Below are positions 10,013-21,208 of a stretch of DNA of 46,479 nucleotides, piece after piece (positions within the stretch are counted from its first letter, which is position 1; each line of letters starts with the position of its first letter). The position numbers and the translations under genes were made by a program. The notes beneath the pieces are model-generated. The model was not told the origin of the DNA. It worked only from the letters and a program-made list of their open reading frames with translations, and searched no databases. The DNA comes from Candidatus Dadabacteria bacterium (lineage in GTDB: Bacteria; Desulfobacterota_D; UBA1144; Nemesobacterales; CSP1-2): assembly GCA_040289575.1 (NCBI GenBank), contig PSLL01000004.1, forward strand, positions 54,740-101,218, read 5' to 3'.

Positions 10013-11008
10013 TTAAAGATTTCCGGCAAGGCTTGAATCAATAGCGGCTTTTAAAGCCTCATAATTAGCGCCTTGAACGGGAAGTCCGTTTACAAAAAAT
10101 GAAGGCGTTGAGTTCACACCAACTGATACCCCTTCTTTAATCTGATTCTGGACTTTAGTAGCCGTGTCGGGAGAACTGAGGCAGGAGTTGAATTTATTTG
10201 TATCCAGTCCCGCGTCCTTTGCAAAGCCCTTAAGCTGATCCATTGATTTTTCAGCTGTGATCTCCTTCTGTTTGGTAAAAACCAAGTCATGGAATTTCCA
10301 GAACTTATCGTTCCCCTGTTCATAGGCACACACCCCAGCAATCGCCGCATTCTTAGCCCAGGGATGAATCTGCTCGAGTGGGAACTGTTTGTATATGAGT
10401 TTTACCTTGCCATCGTAATCCTTTAGAATCTTAGGAAGAACATTGGTGCTGGCGGACTGACAGAAAGGACACTGAAAATCCGAATATTCAACTATCGTAA
10501 CCTTTGCATTTTGATTTCCCATTACAGGAACGCCCTTAAGGGAAATCTTTTTCATTGTTTCCTCAAGCGGATTGACCTTTGAGTCAACCAATTCTCCAAG
10601 GATTATATACTTTCCATCCTTACTCATTAGTACAGGAACCGACTGGCGCCCCAAAGCAATTGCTCCCCTCTTAAGTCCCGGCACGCCGGTATCCTCAAAT
10701 TTTTGAGTGTCTATGGGCTCTCCAAAAACTAGATACCTTCCATCATTGCTGATAAGAAATGGAACATCCCCTGAACCCCTAGAAGACTGAACCACAAAAC
10801 TGCCCTTTTTGAACCACTCGAGAGGAGCCTTTTCATACCCCTTTACATCAATCTTCGCATCCGCAGGAAGACGCGCTCCCAACGTCCTTCTGAGAAGAAG
10901 CTGTAGCCTCTTTACATCATCAGCCGATATGTTTTCGGCAAATACCTGAACTCCAACCACAAGAATGGATAAAACCGATACAATTATCCAAAAATACTTA
11001 AACCTCAT
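10013..11008 (-). CDS. DsbA/Thioredoxin_4-family periplasmic thiol-disulfide oxidoreductase
   Basis: Signal peptide from MRFKY; EYSDFQCPFC active site; cis-Pro GVNSTPSFFVNG. Confidence 0.88.
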   Translation of the reverse strand: MRFKYFWIIVSVLSILVVGVQVFAENISADDVKRLQLLLRRTLGARLPADAKIDVKGYEKAPLEWFKKGSFVVQSSRGSGDVPFLISNDGRYLVFGEPIDTQKFEDTGVPGLKRGAIALGRQSVPVLMSKDGKYIILGELVDSKVNPLEETMKKISLKGVPVMGNQNAKVTIVEYSDFQCPFCQSASTNVLPKILKDYDGKVKLIYKQFPLEQIHPWAKNAAIAGVCAYEQGNDKFWKFHDLVFTKQKEITAEKSMDQLKGFAKDAGLDTNKFNSCLSSPDTATKVQNQIKEGVSVGVNSTPSFFVNGLPVQGANYEALKAAIDSSLAGNL

Positions 11009-11287
11009 CTTTATTCTTCCCTCCATAACTAATTTATGTGCGTAAATATACCACCATCCATCTGGAAAGCAAATAAATTCGCTTCACTTAAGAAGTTGAG
11101 ATAGGAAAAACCTCTCGCCGGATTGAATCTAAGTTTAGCGTTTGAGTTGAAATCTCCAAAGTGATATGGGATGCTGTTATAGGATGCGACATTATAGAAC
11201 TTTTGAAAAAGATTCTAAAGCCCATATTCCAGTAAAATCATATTTAATTAGAGCCTTCTTAGGAATCTAGAAACTAGTTAAGTCTCT

Positions 11288-12592
11288 TTAGAGACTCTGA
11301 TCAGAAAACACCCTATTGAATATATAATCAACATTCTTTAGGTCGCGCTCTACGCTAAAGCACTCCTCTATCTCATCCGTGGAGAGATGGTTTGACAGTT
11401 GACTATCTTTAAGAAGCAAACCTTTAAAATCCTCTTTCTCTCCCCATGCCATCATCGCATTCTTTTGCACAATCCCATAAGCCTCTTCCCTCGATAATCC
11501 CTTTTCAATCAACTTAATCAGAACCTTCTCTGAAAAGATAAGCCCGCGTGTGAGCCAGAGGTTTTTTTCCATATTCTCCGGGTATATCTGAAGTCCATCA
11601 AGGAGACCCCCGAGCCTATAGAGCATGAAATCAATCAGGATTGTGGCATCGGGACCTATCACCCTCTCTACGGAAGAATGGCTTATATCGCGCTCGTGCC
11701 AGAGGGGAATGTTTTCAAGTACGGAGATTGAGTAAGAGCGAACGAGTCTTGAAAGACCGCATAGATTCTCCGCAAGTATTGGATTTCTCTTATGCGGCAT
11801 AGCAGACGATCCCTTTTGCCCCTCTGTAAAAGGCTCTTCAAGCTCAAGCACCTCGGTTCTTTGAAAGTGCCTGACCTGAAGCGCAATCTTCTCAACCGTT
11901 GCGGCAATAATCGAGAGCGTAAGAAAATACTCGGCATGTATGTCGCGCTGAATAATCTGAGTAGAAATCCTTGCAGGCCTGAGTCCGAGAATCTCACACG
12001 CGCGCTCCTCTACACGCGGAGGCACGTTTGCAAATGTCCCAACCGCACCGGATATCTTGCCAACGCTTATAGTCTCCCTCGCCCTTTCCATACGCTCAAG
12101 GTTTCTCATCATCTCGTCATACCAGATGGCAAAAACAAGTCCCAGTGTTGTAGGCTCTGCATGAATACCGTGGGTTCTTCCAACTATTGGTGTGTATTTG
12201 TGTTTAAACGCAAGCCTCTTTAGAGCCTCAATTACCTTTTTTATATCATCAATTATTATTGTCGCCGCATCCCTTAACTGAATCGCAAAAGCTGTATCGA
12301 GCACGTCTGAGGATGTGAGTCCGAGGTGTATATATTTCGACTCCTCCCCTACGTGCTCGGCAACGGCGGTGAGAAAGGCAATGACATCGTGCTTTAAGGT
12401 CTTCTCAAGCTCATCAATACGACCTACATCAAACCTCGCACGTTCTTTAATCTTCTCTAAGGCCTCGGTTGGTATTTGTCCAATCTCAACCCAGGCCTCG
12501 CATACAGCGATCTCCACACAGAGCCAATTCTGATATTTGGCTTCATCACTCCAGATTTTTGACATCTCAGGTCGAGAGTATCTCTTAATCAA
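11288..12592 (-). CDS. purB: Adenylosuccinate lyase
   Basis: GRTHGIHAEP, GSSAMPHKRNP, HERDISHSS. Start reassigned to TTG 12592 (MIKRYSRPEM), which overlaps the upstream TGA and has RBS GGGGAGG. Confidence 0.96.
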   Translation of the reverse strand: MIKRYSRPEMSKIWSDEAKYQNWLCVEIAVCEAWVEIGQIPTEALEKIKERARFDVGRIDELEKTLKHDVIAFLTAVAEHVGEESKYIHLGLTSSDVLDTAFAIQLRDAATIIIDDIKKVIEALKRLAFKHKYTPIVGRTHGIHAEPTTLGLVFAIWYDEMMRNLERMERARETISVGKISGAVGTFANVPPRVEERACEILGLRPARISTQIIQRDIHAEYFLTLSIIAATVEKIALQVRHFQRTEVLELEEPFTEGQKGSSAMPHKRNPILAENLCGLSRLVRSYSISVLENIPLWHERDISHSSVERVIGPDATILIDFMLYRLGGLLDGLQIYPENMEKNLWLTRGLIFSEKVLIKLIEKGLSREEAYGIVQKNAMMAWGEKEDFKGLLLKDSQLSNHLSTDEIEECFSVERDLKNVDYIFNRVFSDQSL

Positions 12593-13335
12593 AGTGTTAA
12601 AACCTCCCCTAAAGCTTTTCTCTGGGCTACGATGAGCCTTGTATGGTCCGCACACTTAATAACTGAAGAGGCGGCTTCTATCGCCTTTTTCGGCGTATTA
12701 TTCGATTCGCTCAAATGAGCCAGAACAACATACCTGAGGCCATCATGTATAAGACCCTTAAGAAGCCCCGCTGCATCCCTATTCGACAGGTGCCCCAGAC
12801 GGCTCTTTATTCTCTGTTTTAAGTCCCAGGGATAAGGACCGTAAATCAGCATCTCCTCGTCATGATTGAATTCCAGGATAAGCACATTCACCCCCTTTAG
12901 TCTCTCTCTTACAAGAGCCGTAACAGAACCTATGTCTGTTACCACACCAACCTTTTTATGGTCTGTCTGTATCGTAAACCCTAGGGGTTCTATCGCATCA
13001 TGAGGGATTGGAAAAGGAGTAACTAAGGCGTCGTTTATATAAAACGCAGAGCCAGTATCGAATTCCCTAAGATTCTCAACCCTATCCTTCCAGAGAAATG
13101 TTGTAGCTGAAGCGACATATACAGAGGCATTGAGAAACGGGAGCGCGGCAATGTGGTCTGTGTGCTCGTGTGTGACAAGCACCGCGTCTATCTCCGATAT
13201 CTGAATGCCGAGAGCCTTAAGCCTGATGGCAATCTGTCTCTGGCTTATCCCCGCATCCACGAGAATCTTCGCCCTCTCTGTTTGGATAAACAGGGAATTT
13301 CCTGAGCTTCCGCTTGCAAGGGTGCAGATTCTGAT
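12589..13335 (-). CDS. Metallo-beta-lactamase fold hydrolase (YycJ/WalJ-like)
   Basis: THEHTDH, HDA, LEFNHD, GHLSN, AHLS. Conserved N-terminus RICTLASGSSGN lies upstream of the track start; ATC at 13335 occupies the Met position after AGGAG. Confidence 0.85.
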   Translation of the reverse strand: MRICTLASGSSGNSLFIQTERAKILVDAGISQRQIAIRLKALGIQISEIDAVLVTHEHTDHIAALPFLNASVYVASATTFLWKDRVENLREFDTGSAFYINDALVTPFPIPHDAIEPLGFTIQTDHKKVGVVTDIGSVTALVRERLKGVNVLILEFNHDEEMLIYGPYPWDLKQRIKSRLGHLSNRDAAGLLKGLIHDGLRYVVLAHLSESNNTPKKAIEAASSVIKCADHTRLIVAQRKALGEVLTL

Positions 13336-13483
13336 TTTATCTTCTCCTGATTAAAACTGACGACAAATTAGCTACAGAGAGAATTAGGAGCTAACCTCAG
13401 TAGAGGTTCCGGTCTTGTCTAAAACATTCAATACCCTCTGCAGCTAATAAGATTATGAGCCATGAAAAATTCAGTTGTCAATT

Positions 13484-14292
13484 CTATTTAATCTTCTTAA
13501 TCTCTTCCTTAAGAACCGATTCAACCACAATCTCGGTTTTTGATTTCTCATCAAGGGCTTCGATTTTTTAGCATCCGACTCCGTATTTGGTATTTGTTCT
13601 ATAAGTTCTTCTTCAAGTAGTATTATCTCCTCATTAAGCCCAGATGCCCCCGGTTCTATCTTTATTTCTTTAGTATCGTTGTTATACCCAGCCTCCCCCT
13701 GTGATTCGCATTCTTCTTCAAGCAGAATTATATCATCAGAATCAGGCACCTCTTGTTGTATTTTGACTTCTTCAGTGCCGTTGCCACAATCCGATTCTTT
13801 ATATGATCCATAGTCCAGTGGCTCTTTGTAAATTGTATATTCATTAAGCATCTCAAACCCATCGGACTCTCCTACTACCTCGGTATGGGAAAGCGAATTA
13901 AATATAGAGCCTATCTCCCTCCGTTCATACTGATTGATTAAAGATTCCACCTTTTTTATTATTCTTTCAGATTTGAGAGGCTTTATTAGAAAATCGTCCG
14001 CGCGTGCCCCCGCGGCTTTCACCTCATCGAATACACCGAGCGAAGACGCAATTAAAATAACGGGGATATATTCGAGAGCCGGATCACCTTTTATCTTTCC
14101 CGACACCTCATATCCATCACCATTAGGTAAAGAGACATCAACTAAGATTATGTCCGGTTTCATCTCCCTAGACTTCGATATAGCATCCGCACCGCTTGAT
14201 ACATGTACAACCCTGTAGCCGAGATCGGTAAATAGAGAACCGATAGATCCCCTTATAGCACTGTCCTCATCAGCAATGAGAACGGTTTTCAT
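13484..14292 (-). CDS. Receiver-domain protein with acidic linker (RomR-like); probable frameshift near the C-terminus
   Basis: Receiver motifs VLIADED, DIILVD, KP; acidic low-complexity tail. A shift at the A6 run (13564-13569) gives ...EIVVESVLKEEIKKIK*. Track ORF is 13471..14319. Confidence 0.7.
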
Positions 14293-14515
14293 ACCTTTTC
14301 TTTTCACTACATTATTCATATAGAAACGGAACTCTTAAAATATATTTTATAATTCAACGCAGACAATCTTCAAACGCAACCGTATACGAAACGCACAGAG
14401 ACACTCTTCATAATTATACCTAAATTATTAAACAATGCGTTGACAAGAAATCCTATCTAATATACTTTCTTTGATAAATGCCCAAGACAGGTAAGAATAG
14501 AGGAGGAGAGAATAG

Positions 14516-15321
14516 ATGCCTAAAGTAAAAGCAAACGGTATAAATATGAATTATGAGAAAACAGGGAGTGGAGAACCACTCATTCTTATACCCTTTTTAA
14601 GTGCCGATAACGCCTGCTATGCCTTTCAGATTCCGGAGTACTCAAAGCGCCTCACGTGCTTCTCCGTAGATACAAGAGGGGCTGGTGAAACCGACAAACC
14701 AGAGGGCACCTACTCCACAGAGCTATTTGCCGATGACATAGCAGGGTTTATGCATGCGGTAGGAATAGAAAAAGCCCATATAGCGGGTGTTTCATTAGGC
14801 GCAGCTATAGGTATGTGGCTTGCGGCAAAATATCCGGATAAGGTTAAGTCGTTATCACTACATAGTGGATGGACAAAGACTGACTCCTTCCTTAAAACTG
14901 TTGTGGAAGGCTGGCAGGTAATTGCCAAAGCCTTGGGGAGTGTTGCGGAGATGGTGATTTTAGGTATTTTCCCGTGGTGTTTTACCCCCGAACTCTATGC
15001 TGCTAAACCCGATTACATAAAGGCACTTTCTGATTTTGTAAGGGGAAGACCGGCACAGCCCGTGGACGCATTTATAAGACAGTCCGATGCCGTTATATCT
15101 CATGACTGTGAATCCCAGTTGGGTAAGATAAAGGCACCCACGCTTATTACATTTGGTAAATATGATATGGTAACCTCAATCCGTTTTGCCAATACAATGA
15201 AGAATAATATTAAAAATTCTGAGTTAGTAGTTTTTGAGGGCTGTTCTCATGCTGGGCTCTATGAGAAGACTGAGGAGTTCAACCAAAAAACCTGGACTTT
15301 TTGAAAAGGCACACCGGATAG
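14516..15321 (+). CDS. Alpha/beta hydrolase (enol-lactonase-like); 1-nt frameshift near the end
   Basis: GVSLG nucleophile elbow and catalytic His. Track stop is 15304; the shifted frame gives TLDFLKRHTG* ending at 15321. Confidence 0.85.
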
Positions 15322-15397
15322 AAATTCATAGGGACGTATTGCAATAGACTCTACCATAGCGAATCACGAAATCCAAATCACAAGATACAAAAACAAA

Positions 15398-16165
15398 ATG
15401 AAGTTGCAAGATAAAATCGCCCTCATAACAGGTGGAGGAACAGGAATAGGAAAGGCTACAGCCATCCTCTTTGCCCAAGAAGGAGCAACAGTAATAGTAA
15501 TCGGAAGGAGGAAGAGTAAGCTCGTAGAAACCGTAGATGCAGCTCAAAGAAATGGTGGCAGGGCCGACTATGTTGTCGGCGATGTATCAAATGTAAACGA
15601 CACAGAAAGAGCTGTTAAAGAGACGGTACGCAGGTTTGGTGGCTTGGACATACTTATAAACAACGCAGGCGTGTTTCGGGGAATTAAGATAACCGATGTT
15701 ACCGAAAATGAGTACAACCGCATTATGGATATTAATCTCAAAGGTATATTCTTTATGTGCAAGCATGCGGTCCCTGAGATGGAAAAAAGGGGCGGAGGCA
15801 CAATAGTAAATGTCGCAAGCATATTAGGAATAAAGGGATATAGAGCGGGTTCAACATCGGTATATTCGGCCTCAAAGGCGGGCGTAATAATGCTCACAAA
15901 AGCGCTCGCACTTGAGCTTGTCCCCTATAAAATAAGGGTAAATTGTGTGTGTCCGGCAGTGGTAGAGACAGAGATATTTGAAACCCTAGGGATTCCAAAA
16001 GAGAGAATCCCTGAGCGTATGAAGAAGTGGGAATCTTATCACCCGATGGGAAGAAACGGAAGGCCTGAAGAGGTTGCCCGTGCCTTACTATACTTTGCAT
16101 CCGACGATTCATCCTGGGCTACGGGATCAATACTCAATCTGGACGGGGGTGTGACGGCAGAGTAG
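15398..16165 (+). CDS. SDR family NAD(P)-dependent oxidoreductase
   Basis: TGGGTGIG, NNAG, YSASK, DGG. Confidence 0.93.
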   Translation: MKLQDKIALITGGGTGIGKATAILFAQEGATVIVIGRRKSKLVETVDAAQRNGGRADYVVGDVSNVNDTERAVKETVRRFGGLDILINNAGVFRGIKITDVTENEYNRIMDINLKGIFFMCKHAVPEMEKRGGGTIVNVASILGIKGYRAGSTSVYSASKAGVIMLTKALALELVPYKIRVNCVCPAVVETEIFETLGIPKERIPERMKKWESYHPMGRNGRPEEVARALLYFASDDSSWATGSILNLDGGVTAE

Positions 16166-16239
16166 ATAAACTAAGAGTCAATGCACCTACTTAGAAAACT
16201 ACACCCGGAAGCAATATGCGTTACTGCAAGATATAGCCT

Positions 16240-17085
16240 TCATCTGCTTTGGCGGTGCTTGACAGGGCCAGCCGCTTTTGTCAGGTTGAGCACAGTATTT
16301 ATTAGCCCCACATGTGAAAACGCCTGGGGAAAATTTCCTATAAGCCGCCGTCCCTTTGTGTCGTATTCCTCTGACAACAAGCCGACATCATTGCGCAAAT
16401 CCATCAGACGCTCAAAACCCCCCTCGAGCCCGCGAGGATCTCCGAGGCGTCCCTCATCATCATCCTGGCCGCCTCTGCCTGGTTCTCGACCTGGATCCTC
16501 TGGGGCAGCTTCCTTATATCGTCCCTGTAGAGCAAGATTATCGGCTAACCAAAACGTGCAGATCAGAAATACCCCTTCACCTGAAGGCAGGCCATCAATC
16601 TCTGGGTCACTGGAGTAGCGCCTGACAAATCCGTCTTGCATTAACCGTTTCTGTATTGCTTTCACTGTACCCTGAATACGCAGATCCTTTGGTGGTAAGA
16701 AGCCCACAAGCGGAAGCATCAATAGGCTGGCATCAAGTCTCTTTGATCCGTAGTACTGAACAAAAGAGTTTAGTTCTGGATCAAAGCCTTCACGGCAGAC
16801 CTGGTCATGGATTTCCTTGCGCAGGCGACGCCACTTATCAATAGGACCACTAAGTCCGAATTTCTCAACCGACTTTACTGCGCGATCCACGGCAACCCAT
16901 GCCATTACCTTGGAGTGTGTGAAGTGCCGTCTTGGCCCCCGAATCTCCCAGAGCCCTTCATCAGGCTTTTCCCAATCAGTTTCAAGAAACTCCATAAGCG
17001 CCTGTTGCACTCTCCATGCATTTTCGTTCGGCTCCAGCCCGACGCGTCGAGCAAAATAAAGCGCGTCTATACAAATCCAAGCCAA
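16240..17085 (-). pseudogene. C-terminal fragment of a glycoside hydrolase family 15 (glucoamylase/trehalase) with a foreign insertion
   Basis: PDEGLWEIRG, HSKVMAWVA, LDASLL, GLLSEEYD, GNFPQAFSHVGL. The N-terminal half is missing and a 30-aa non-homologous insert is present. Confidence 0.85.
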
Positions 17086-17128
17086 CCAACATAATAGACC
17101 TAACTGTCGGCAAATAATGACTCTTTAG

Positions 17129-17206
17129 TGGCGGGGGCGATGGGACTTGAACCCGCGACCTCTGGCTTGACAGGCCAGCGTTCTAACCGGGCTGAACTAC
17201 GGCCCC
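17129..17206 (-). tRNA. tRNA-Asp(GTC)
   Basis: Cloverleaf, anticodon arm CTGGC-CT GTC AA-GCCAG, encoded CCA; one mismatch each in the acceptor and T stems. Confidence 0.93.
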
Positions 17207-17249
17207 CAAGATTAGTTGATAACTAAGAACTATCAACTCTCAACTAACA

Positions 17250-17324
17250 TGGTGGGCGGTACTGGTTTCGAACCAGTGACCTCTTGCTTGTAAGGCAAGC
17301 GCTCTTCCACTGAGCTAACCGCCC
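17250..17324 (-). tRNA. tRNA-Val(TAC)
   Basis: GGGCGGTTAGCTCAG...CTTGC-CT TAC AA-GCAAG...GGTTCGAAACC...ACCGCCCACCA. Confidence 0.96.
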
Positions 17325-17467
17325 TAAATCAATTCTCCCACAAGTGTTGCCTTCACCAATTATAAAAAAGAAATAAGGGCGAATCTTGCATTATTTCGAG
17401 TGCAGTACCGTGAGAAATGAAATAACATAGATTGGCCCCTACATTCTAGAACAAAATTTAAGCCTTA

Positions 17468-19906
17468 TCAAGAAAGATTTACATTAGTTTCGACTATACT
17501 CTCGCCGATTGGAAGCGGGCCTAAAGGAGAAGTTGCTACATCATGAAGCACAGGGGTATCTGAAACTATAGCTTCCCTTATGACCTCATCCATATGCTCA
17601 ACCATTTTGATCTCTATATCTTTCAAAATCTTGTCGGATATATCCTTTAGGTCTTTTTCATTTTCTCTAGGAATAATAACCTTCTTTACCCTACCACGAT
17701 GGGCTGCTAATATCTTCTCCTTCAGTCCTCCGATAGGAAGCACCCTTCCACGGAGAGTAATCTCCCCTGTCATCGCTACATCATGCCTTATGGGTTTTCT
17801 CACGAGTGCAGACACAATAGCCGTCGCAATTGCAATACCGGCTGAAGGGCCATCTTTAGGAGTAGCACCCTCAGGAACGTGTATGTGTATATCTATCTTC
17901 TGATAGAAGTAGCGCTCAAGCCCTAGCTTCTCGGCTCTCGATCTAACATAACTCATTGCGGCCTGAGCAGACTCCTGCATTACCTCTCCGAGCTTTCCCG
18001 TAATTGTGAACGTTCCTTTACCAGGCACAATACCGACCTCAATCGTAAGGAGTTCTCCGCCAACCTCAGTCCAGGCAAGGCCGGTTGAAATCCCAACCTG
18101 GTCTTTTTCCTCAATCTCCCCGAATCTAAACTTTGGAATCCCAAGATACTTGTGTATGGCACCTGAATTAATCCTCGATACATGGTCGGGACCGTGCTTT
18201 ACAACCTCTTTTGCCACCTTTCTGCAGAGTGTCGCGAGCTCGCGCTCCAGGGTTCTCACACCCGACTCACGCGTGTACTGTCTTATCACCGTTAAGATGC
18301 CGCTATCGGAGATTTTAAAATTCTCCGGCTTTAGCCCATGAGCCTCGAGTTGCTTAGGAATGAGAAACTTCTTTGCAATTTGAAGCTTTTCATCCTCTGT
18401 ATAGCCGGGGAGGCGTATAATCTCCATTCTGTCTTGAAGCGCCCAAGGTATGGTATGGAGCACATTTGCAGTGGTTATAAAAAGCACATTTGAAAGATCA
18501 TAGTCTGCATCAATGTAATGGTCATTAAACGAATGGTTCTGCTCCGGATCAAGCGCCTCAAGAAGGGCCGCTGCGGGGTCACCTCTAAAGTCCATTCCAA
18601 GCTTATCAATCTCATCGAGCAAGAATACCGGATTGATAGTTCCCGCTTTTCTCATTCCCTGAATAATCTTTCCAGGAAGTGCACCGATATATGTGCGGCG
18701 ATGCCCTCTGATCTCAGCTTCATCCCTTACGCCGCCCAGTGATACCCTCACAAACTTTCTTCCCATAGAGCGGGCTATTGACTTGGCAAGGGAAGTCTTT
18801 CCAACCCCCGGAGGCCCTACAAAGCAAAGGATTGGTCCCTTCAGTTTCTTTGTAAGCGCCCGAACGGCAAGATATTCGACGATTCTCTCTTTCGGCCTCT
18901 CAAGCCCATAGTGGTCTTCATCAAGTATTTTAGCTGCCTCATCAATGTCGAGTCTATCCTCGGTCTTCTCATTTGTCCAAGGAAGGGAAAGAAGCCAGTC
19001 AATATAGTTCCTTACAACAGTAGCTTCAGCAGACATTGGGGACATCATCTTGAGCTTTTTAATCTCACGCCTGACCTTTTGCTCAACCTCTTCGGGAAGG
19101 TTTTTTTGTTTTAATTTCTCCTCAAACTCCTGAATCTCAGATTTAAGGTCATCTTTCTCTCCTAGTTCCTTCTGAATTGCCCTCATCTGCTCAGTGAGAT
19201 AATACTCCTTCTGAGCCTTCTCCATCTGCTTCTTTACCCTTGTTCTAATCCGCTTCTCTATCTGAAGGATTTCAACCTCGCCCTGTAGCTTCTCGTAGAG
19301 CTTCTCGAGCCTTTCGGCAGGGCTGAGGGCTTCGAGTATCTCCTGCTTATCCTGAAGCTTAAGTCCAAGGTGCGAGGCGATTGTATCTGAAAGACGCCCC
19401 GGCTCATCAATTGACGATATGGTTACAAGCACCTCAGACGGAATCTTTTTATTTAATTTTACATAATTCTCAAATGCGGTAATGAGCGTACGCATGAGGG
19501 CTTCAGTCTCAACCCTTCCATCGTCAACCTCAGAAACCCTCTCGGCTTCAACTAGGAAAAAGCTCGGATTCGGAATATAACGAATGATCTGTGCCCTTCT
19601 TTTCCCCTCTACCAATACCTTTACGGTTCCATCAGGGAGCCTAAGCATCTGGATTATAGTGCCTATAGTCCCAATTTTGTAAATATCCTCTTCATTCGGG
19701 TCATTTGTCTTGGCGTCCTTTTGAGCAACAAGTAGGATCTCTTTATCCTTTCTCATCGCCTCCTCAAGCGCGCGAATGGATTTCTCGCGGCCCACAAAAA
19801 GGGGCGCAACCATATAAGGGAAAATCACCACATCCCTAAGAGGCAAAAGCGGTATAGTGACTATTTCCTGTTTTCTCTCTCCGTCAAATTTAAAGAACAT
19901 TGGCAT
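17468..19906 (-). CDS. lon: ATP-dependent Lon protease
   Basis: LPLRDVV N-domain, [17 protein letters not shown] catalytic Ser, GGLKEK. Confidence 0.98.
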   Translation of the reverse strand: MPMFFKFDGERKQEIVTIPLLPLRDVVIFPYMVAPLFVGREKSIRALEEAMRKDKEILLVAQKDAKTNDPNEEDIYKIGTIGTIIQMLRLPDGTVKVLVEGKRRAQIIRYIPNPSFFLVEAERVSEVDDGRVETEALMRTLITAFENYVKLNKKIPSEVLVTISSIDEPGRLSDTIASHLGLKLQDKQEILEALSPAERLEKLYEKLQGEVEILQIEKRIRTRVKKQMEKAQKEYYLTEQMRAIQKELGEKDDLKSEIQEFEEKLKQKNLPEEVEQKVRREIKKLKMMSPMSAEATVVRNYIDWLLSLPWTNEKTEDRLDIDEAAKILDEDHYGLERPKERIVEYLAVRALTKKLKGPILCFVGPPGVGKTSLAKSIARSMGRKFVRVSLGGVRDEAEIRGHRRTYIGALPGKIIQGMRKAGTINPVFLLDEIDKLGMDFRGDPAAALLEALDPEQNHSFNDHYIDADYDLSNVLFITTANVLHTIPWALQDRMEIIRLPGYTEDEKLQIAKKFLIPKQLEAHGLKPENFKISDSGILTVIRQYTRESGVRTLERELATLCRKVAKEVVKHGPDHVSRINSGAIHKYLGIPKFRFGEIEEKDQVGISTGLAWTEVGGELLTIEVGIVPGKGTFTITGKLGEVMQESAQAAMSYVRSRAEKLGLERYFYQKIDIHIHVPEGATPKDGPSAGIAIATAIVSALVRKPIRHDVAMTGEITLRGRVLPIGGLKEKILAAHRGRVKKVIIPRENEKDLKDISDKILKDIEIKMVEHMDEVIREAIVSDTPVLHDVATSPLGPLPIGESIVETNVNLS

Positions 19907-19930
19907 CTTTCTTCCCCTCTACTAATAGAT

Positions 19931-21208
19931 TTATCCAGAACCTAAACGCCTTTCCTCCTCATAGAAGAAAAGCGGAGCACCCGCGCCTTGTATTAAATCC
20001 TCCGTTATTACACAGCGTCTAAGTCCATTTAGAGATGGAACTTCGTAGGATATATCGAGCATTATATTTTCGATTATAGCTCTCAGCCCACGCGCTCCGG
20101 TCTTTCTCTTGATTGCCTCCTGAGCAATCGTCTTCAGTGCACCCTCCGTAAATTCCAATTCAACCCCCTCGAGTTCCATAAGTTTCTGAAACTGTTTTAC
20201 AACTGCGTTCTTTGGCTTCGTAAGAATCTCAGTGAAGGTCCGTTCATCAAGCTCGTCCAGAGTCGCAACAACCGGAACCCTACCTACAAACTCCGGAATC
20301 ATACCGAACTTTATCAAATCCTCCGGTTGAACCTCTTTTAAGATCTGACCCAAGCCCTTATCCTCTCTTTTGCCCAAGTTTACCCCAAAACCAATTGATT
20401 TTTCTCCAATTCTACGTCCTATAATATCCTCAAGCCCACAAAAAGCACCGCCACATATAAAAAGGATATTTGTCGTATCAACCTGAATAAACTCCTGTTG
20501 AGGATGCTTTCTCCCTCCCTTTGGGGGAACATTTGCCTTTGTGCCCTCTATGATCTTCAGCAGTGCCTGCTGAACTCCCTCTCCCGAAACATCCCTCGTA
20601 ATCGAGGGGCTATCGCCCGATTTACGGGCGAGTTTATCTACCTCATCTATATATATAATACCTTTTGAAGCCCTTTCAACATCATAATCGGCGGCTTGAA
20701 GGAGACTCACTATCATATTTTCAACGTCCTCTCCCACATAGCCTGCCTCCGTGTAGCATGTAGCATCAACTATGGTAAATGGAACATCGAGAAACTTAGC
20801 AAGTGTCTGTGCCAGAAGCGTTTTTCCGCATCCCGTAGGACCCACGAGAAGGATATTACTCTTTTGAATGTCCACATCATTGCTCCGTTTCCCACTGTAG
20901 ACATTGAGTTCTATCCTCTTATAATGGTTATAAACAGCTACAGCTAATATCTTTTTTGCTCTTTCCTGACCAATTACATACTCATCCAAAAATGTCTTAA
21001 TCTGATACGGAGTAGGAAGCGTCGAGTAGCGACGCCTCAGATGACCTTCCTTTGCCTCCTCTTCAGCTATTATTTCATTGCATAGCTCAATACACTCATT
21101 GCATATATAAACAGTAGGACCTGCAATAAGCTTTTTGACCTCTTTCTGGCTCTTTCCACAGAATGAACAATAAAGATTCCCGTCTCTTCCTTCACGTCTT
21201 GTAGTCAC
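19931..21208 (-). CDS. clpX: ATP-dependent Clp protease ATP-binding subunit
   Basis: CSFCGK...C..C zinc domain, [25 protein letters not shown] loop. Confidence 0.98.
   Translation of the reverse strand: MTTRREGRDGNLYCSFCGKSQKEVKKLIAGPTVYICNECIELCNEIIAEEEAKEGHLRRRYSTLPTPYQIKTFLDEYVIGQERAKKILAVAVYNHYKRIELNVYSGKRSNDVDIQKSNILLVGPTGCGKTLLAQTLAKFLDVPFTIVDATCYTEAGYVGEDVENMIVSLLQAADYDVERASKGIIYIDEVDKLARKSGDSPSITRDVSGEGVQQALLKIIEGTKANVPPKGGRKHPQQEFIQVDTTNILFICGGAFCGLEDIIGRRIGEKSIGFGVNLGKREDKGLGQILKEVQPEDLIKFGMIPEFVGRVPVVATLDELDERTFTEILTKPKNAVVKQFQKLMELEGVELEFTEGALKTIAQEAIKRKTGARGLRAIIENIMLDISYEVPSLNGLRRCVITEDLIQGAGAPLFFYEEERRLGSG

Noticed and set aside
12593-12655. N-terminal extension of PurB in the ORF track
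   Set aside because: It overlaps the upstream gene; the RBS and homology point to TTG 12592.
16181-16618. 145-aa plus-strand ORF with a Pro/Ser-rich stretch
   Set aside because: Antisense to the GH15 fragment; the odd stretch comes from the 90-bp insert.
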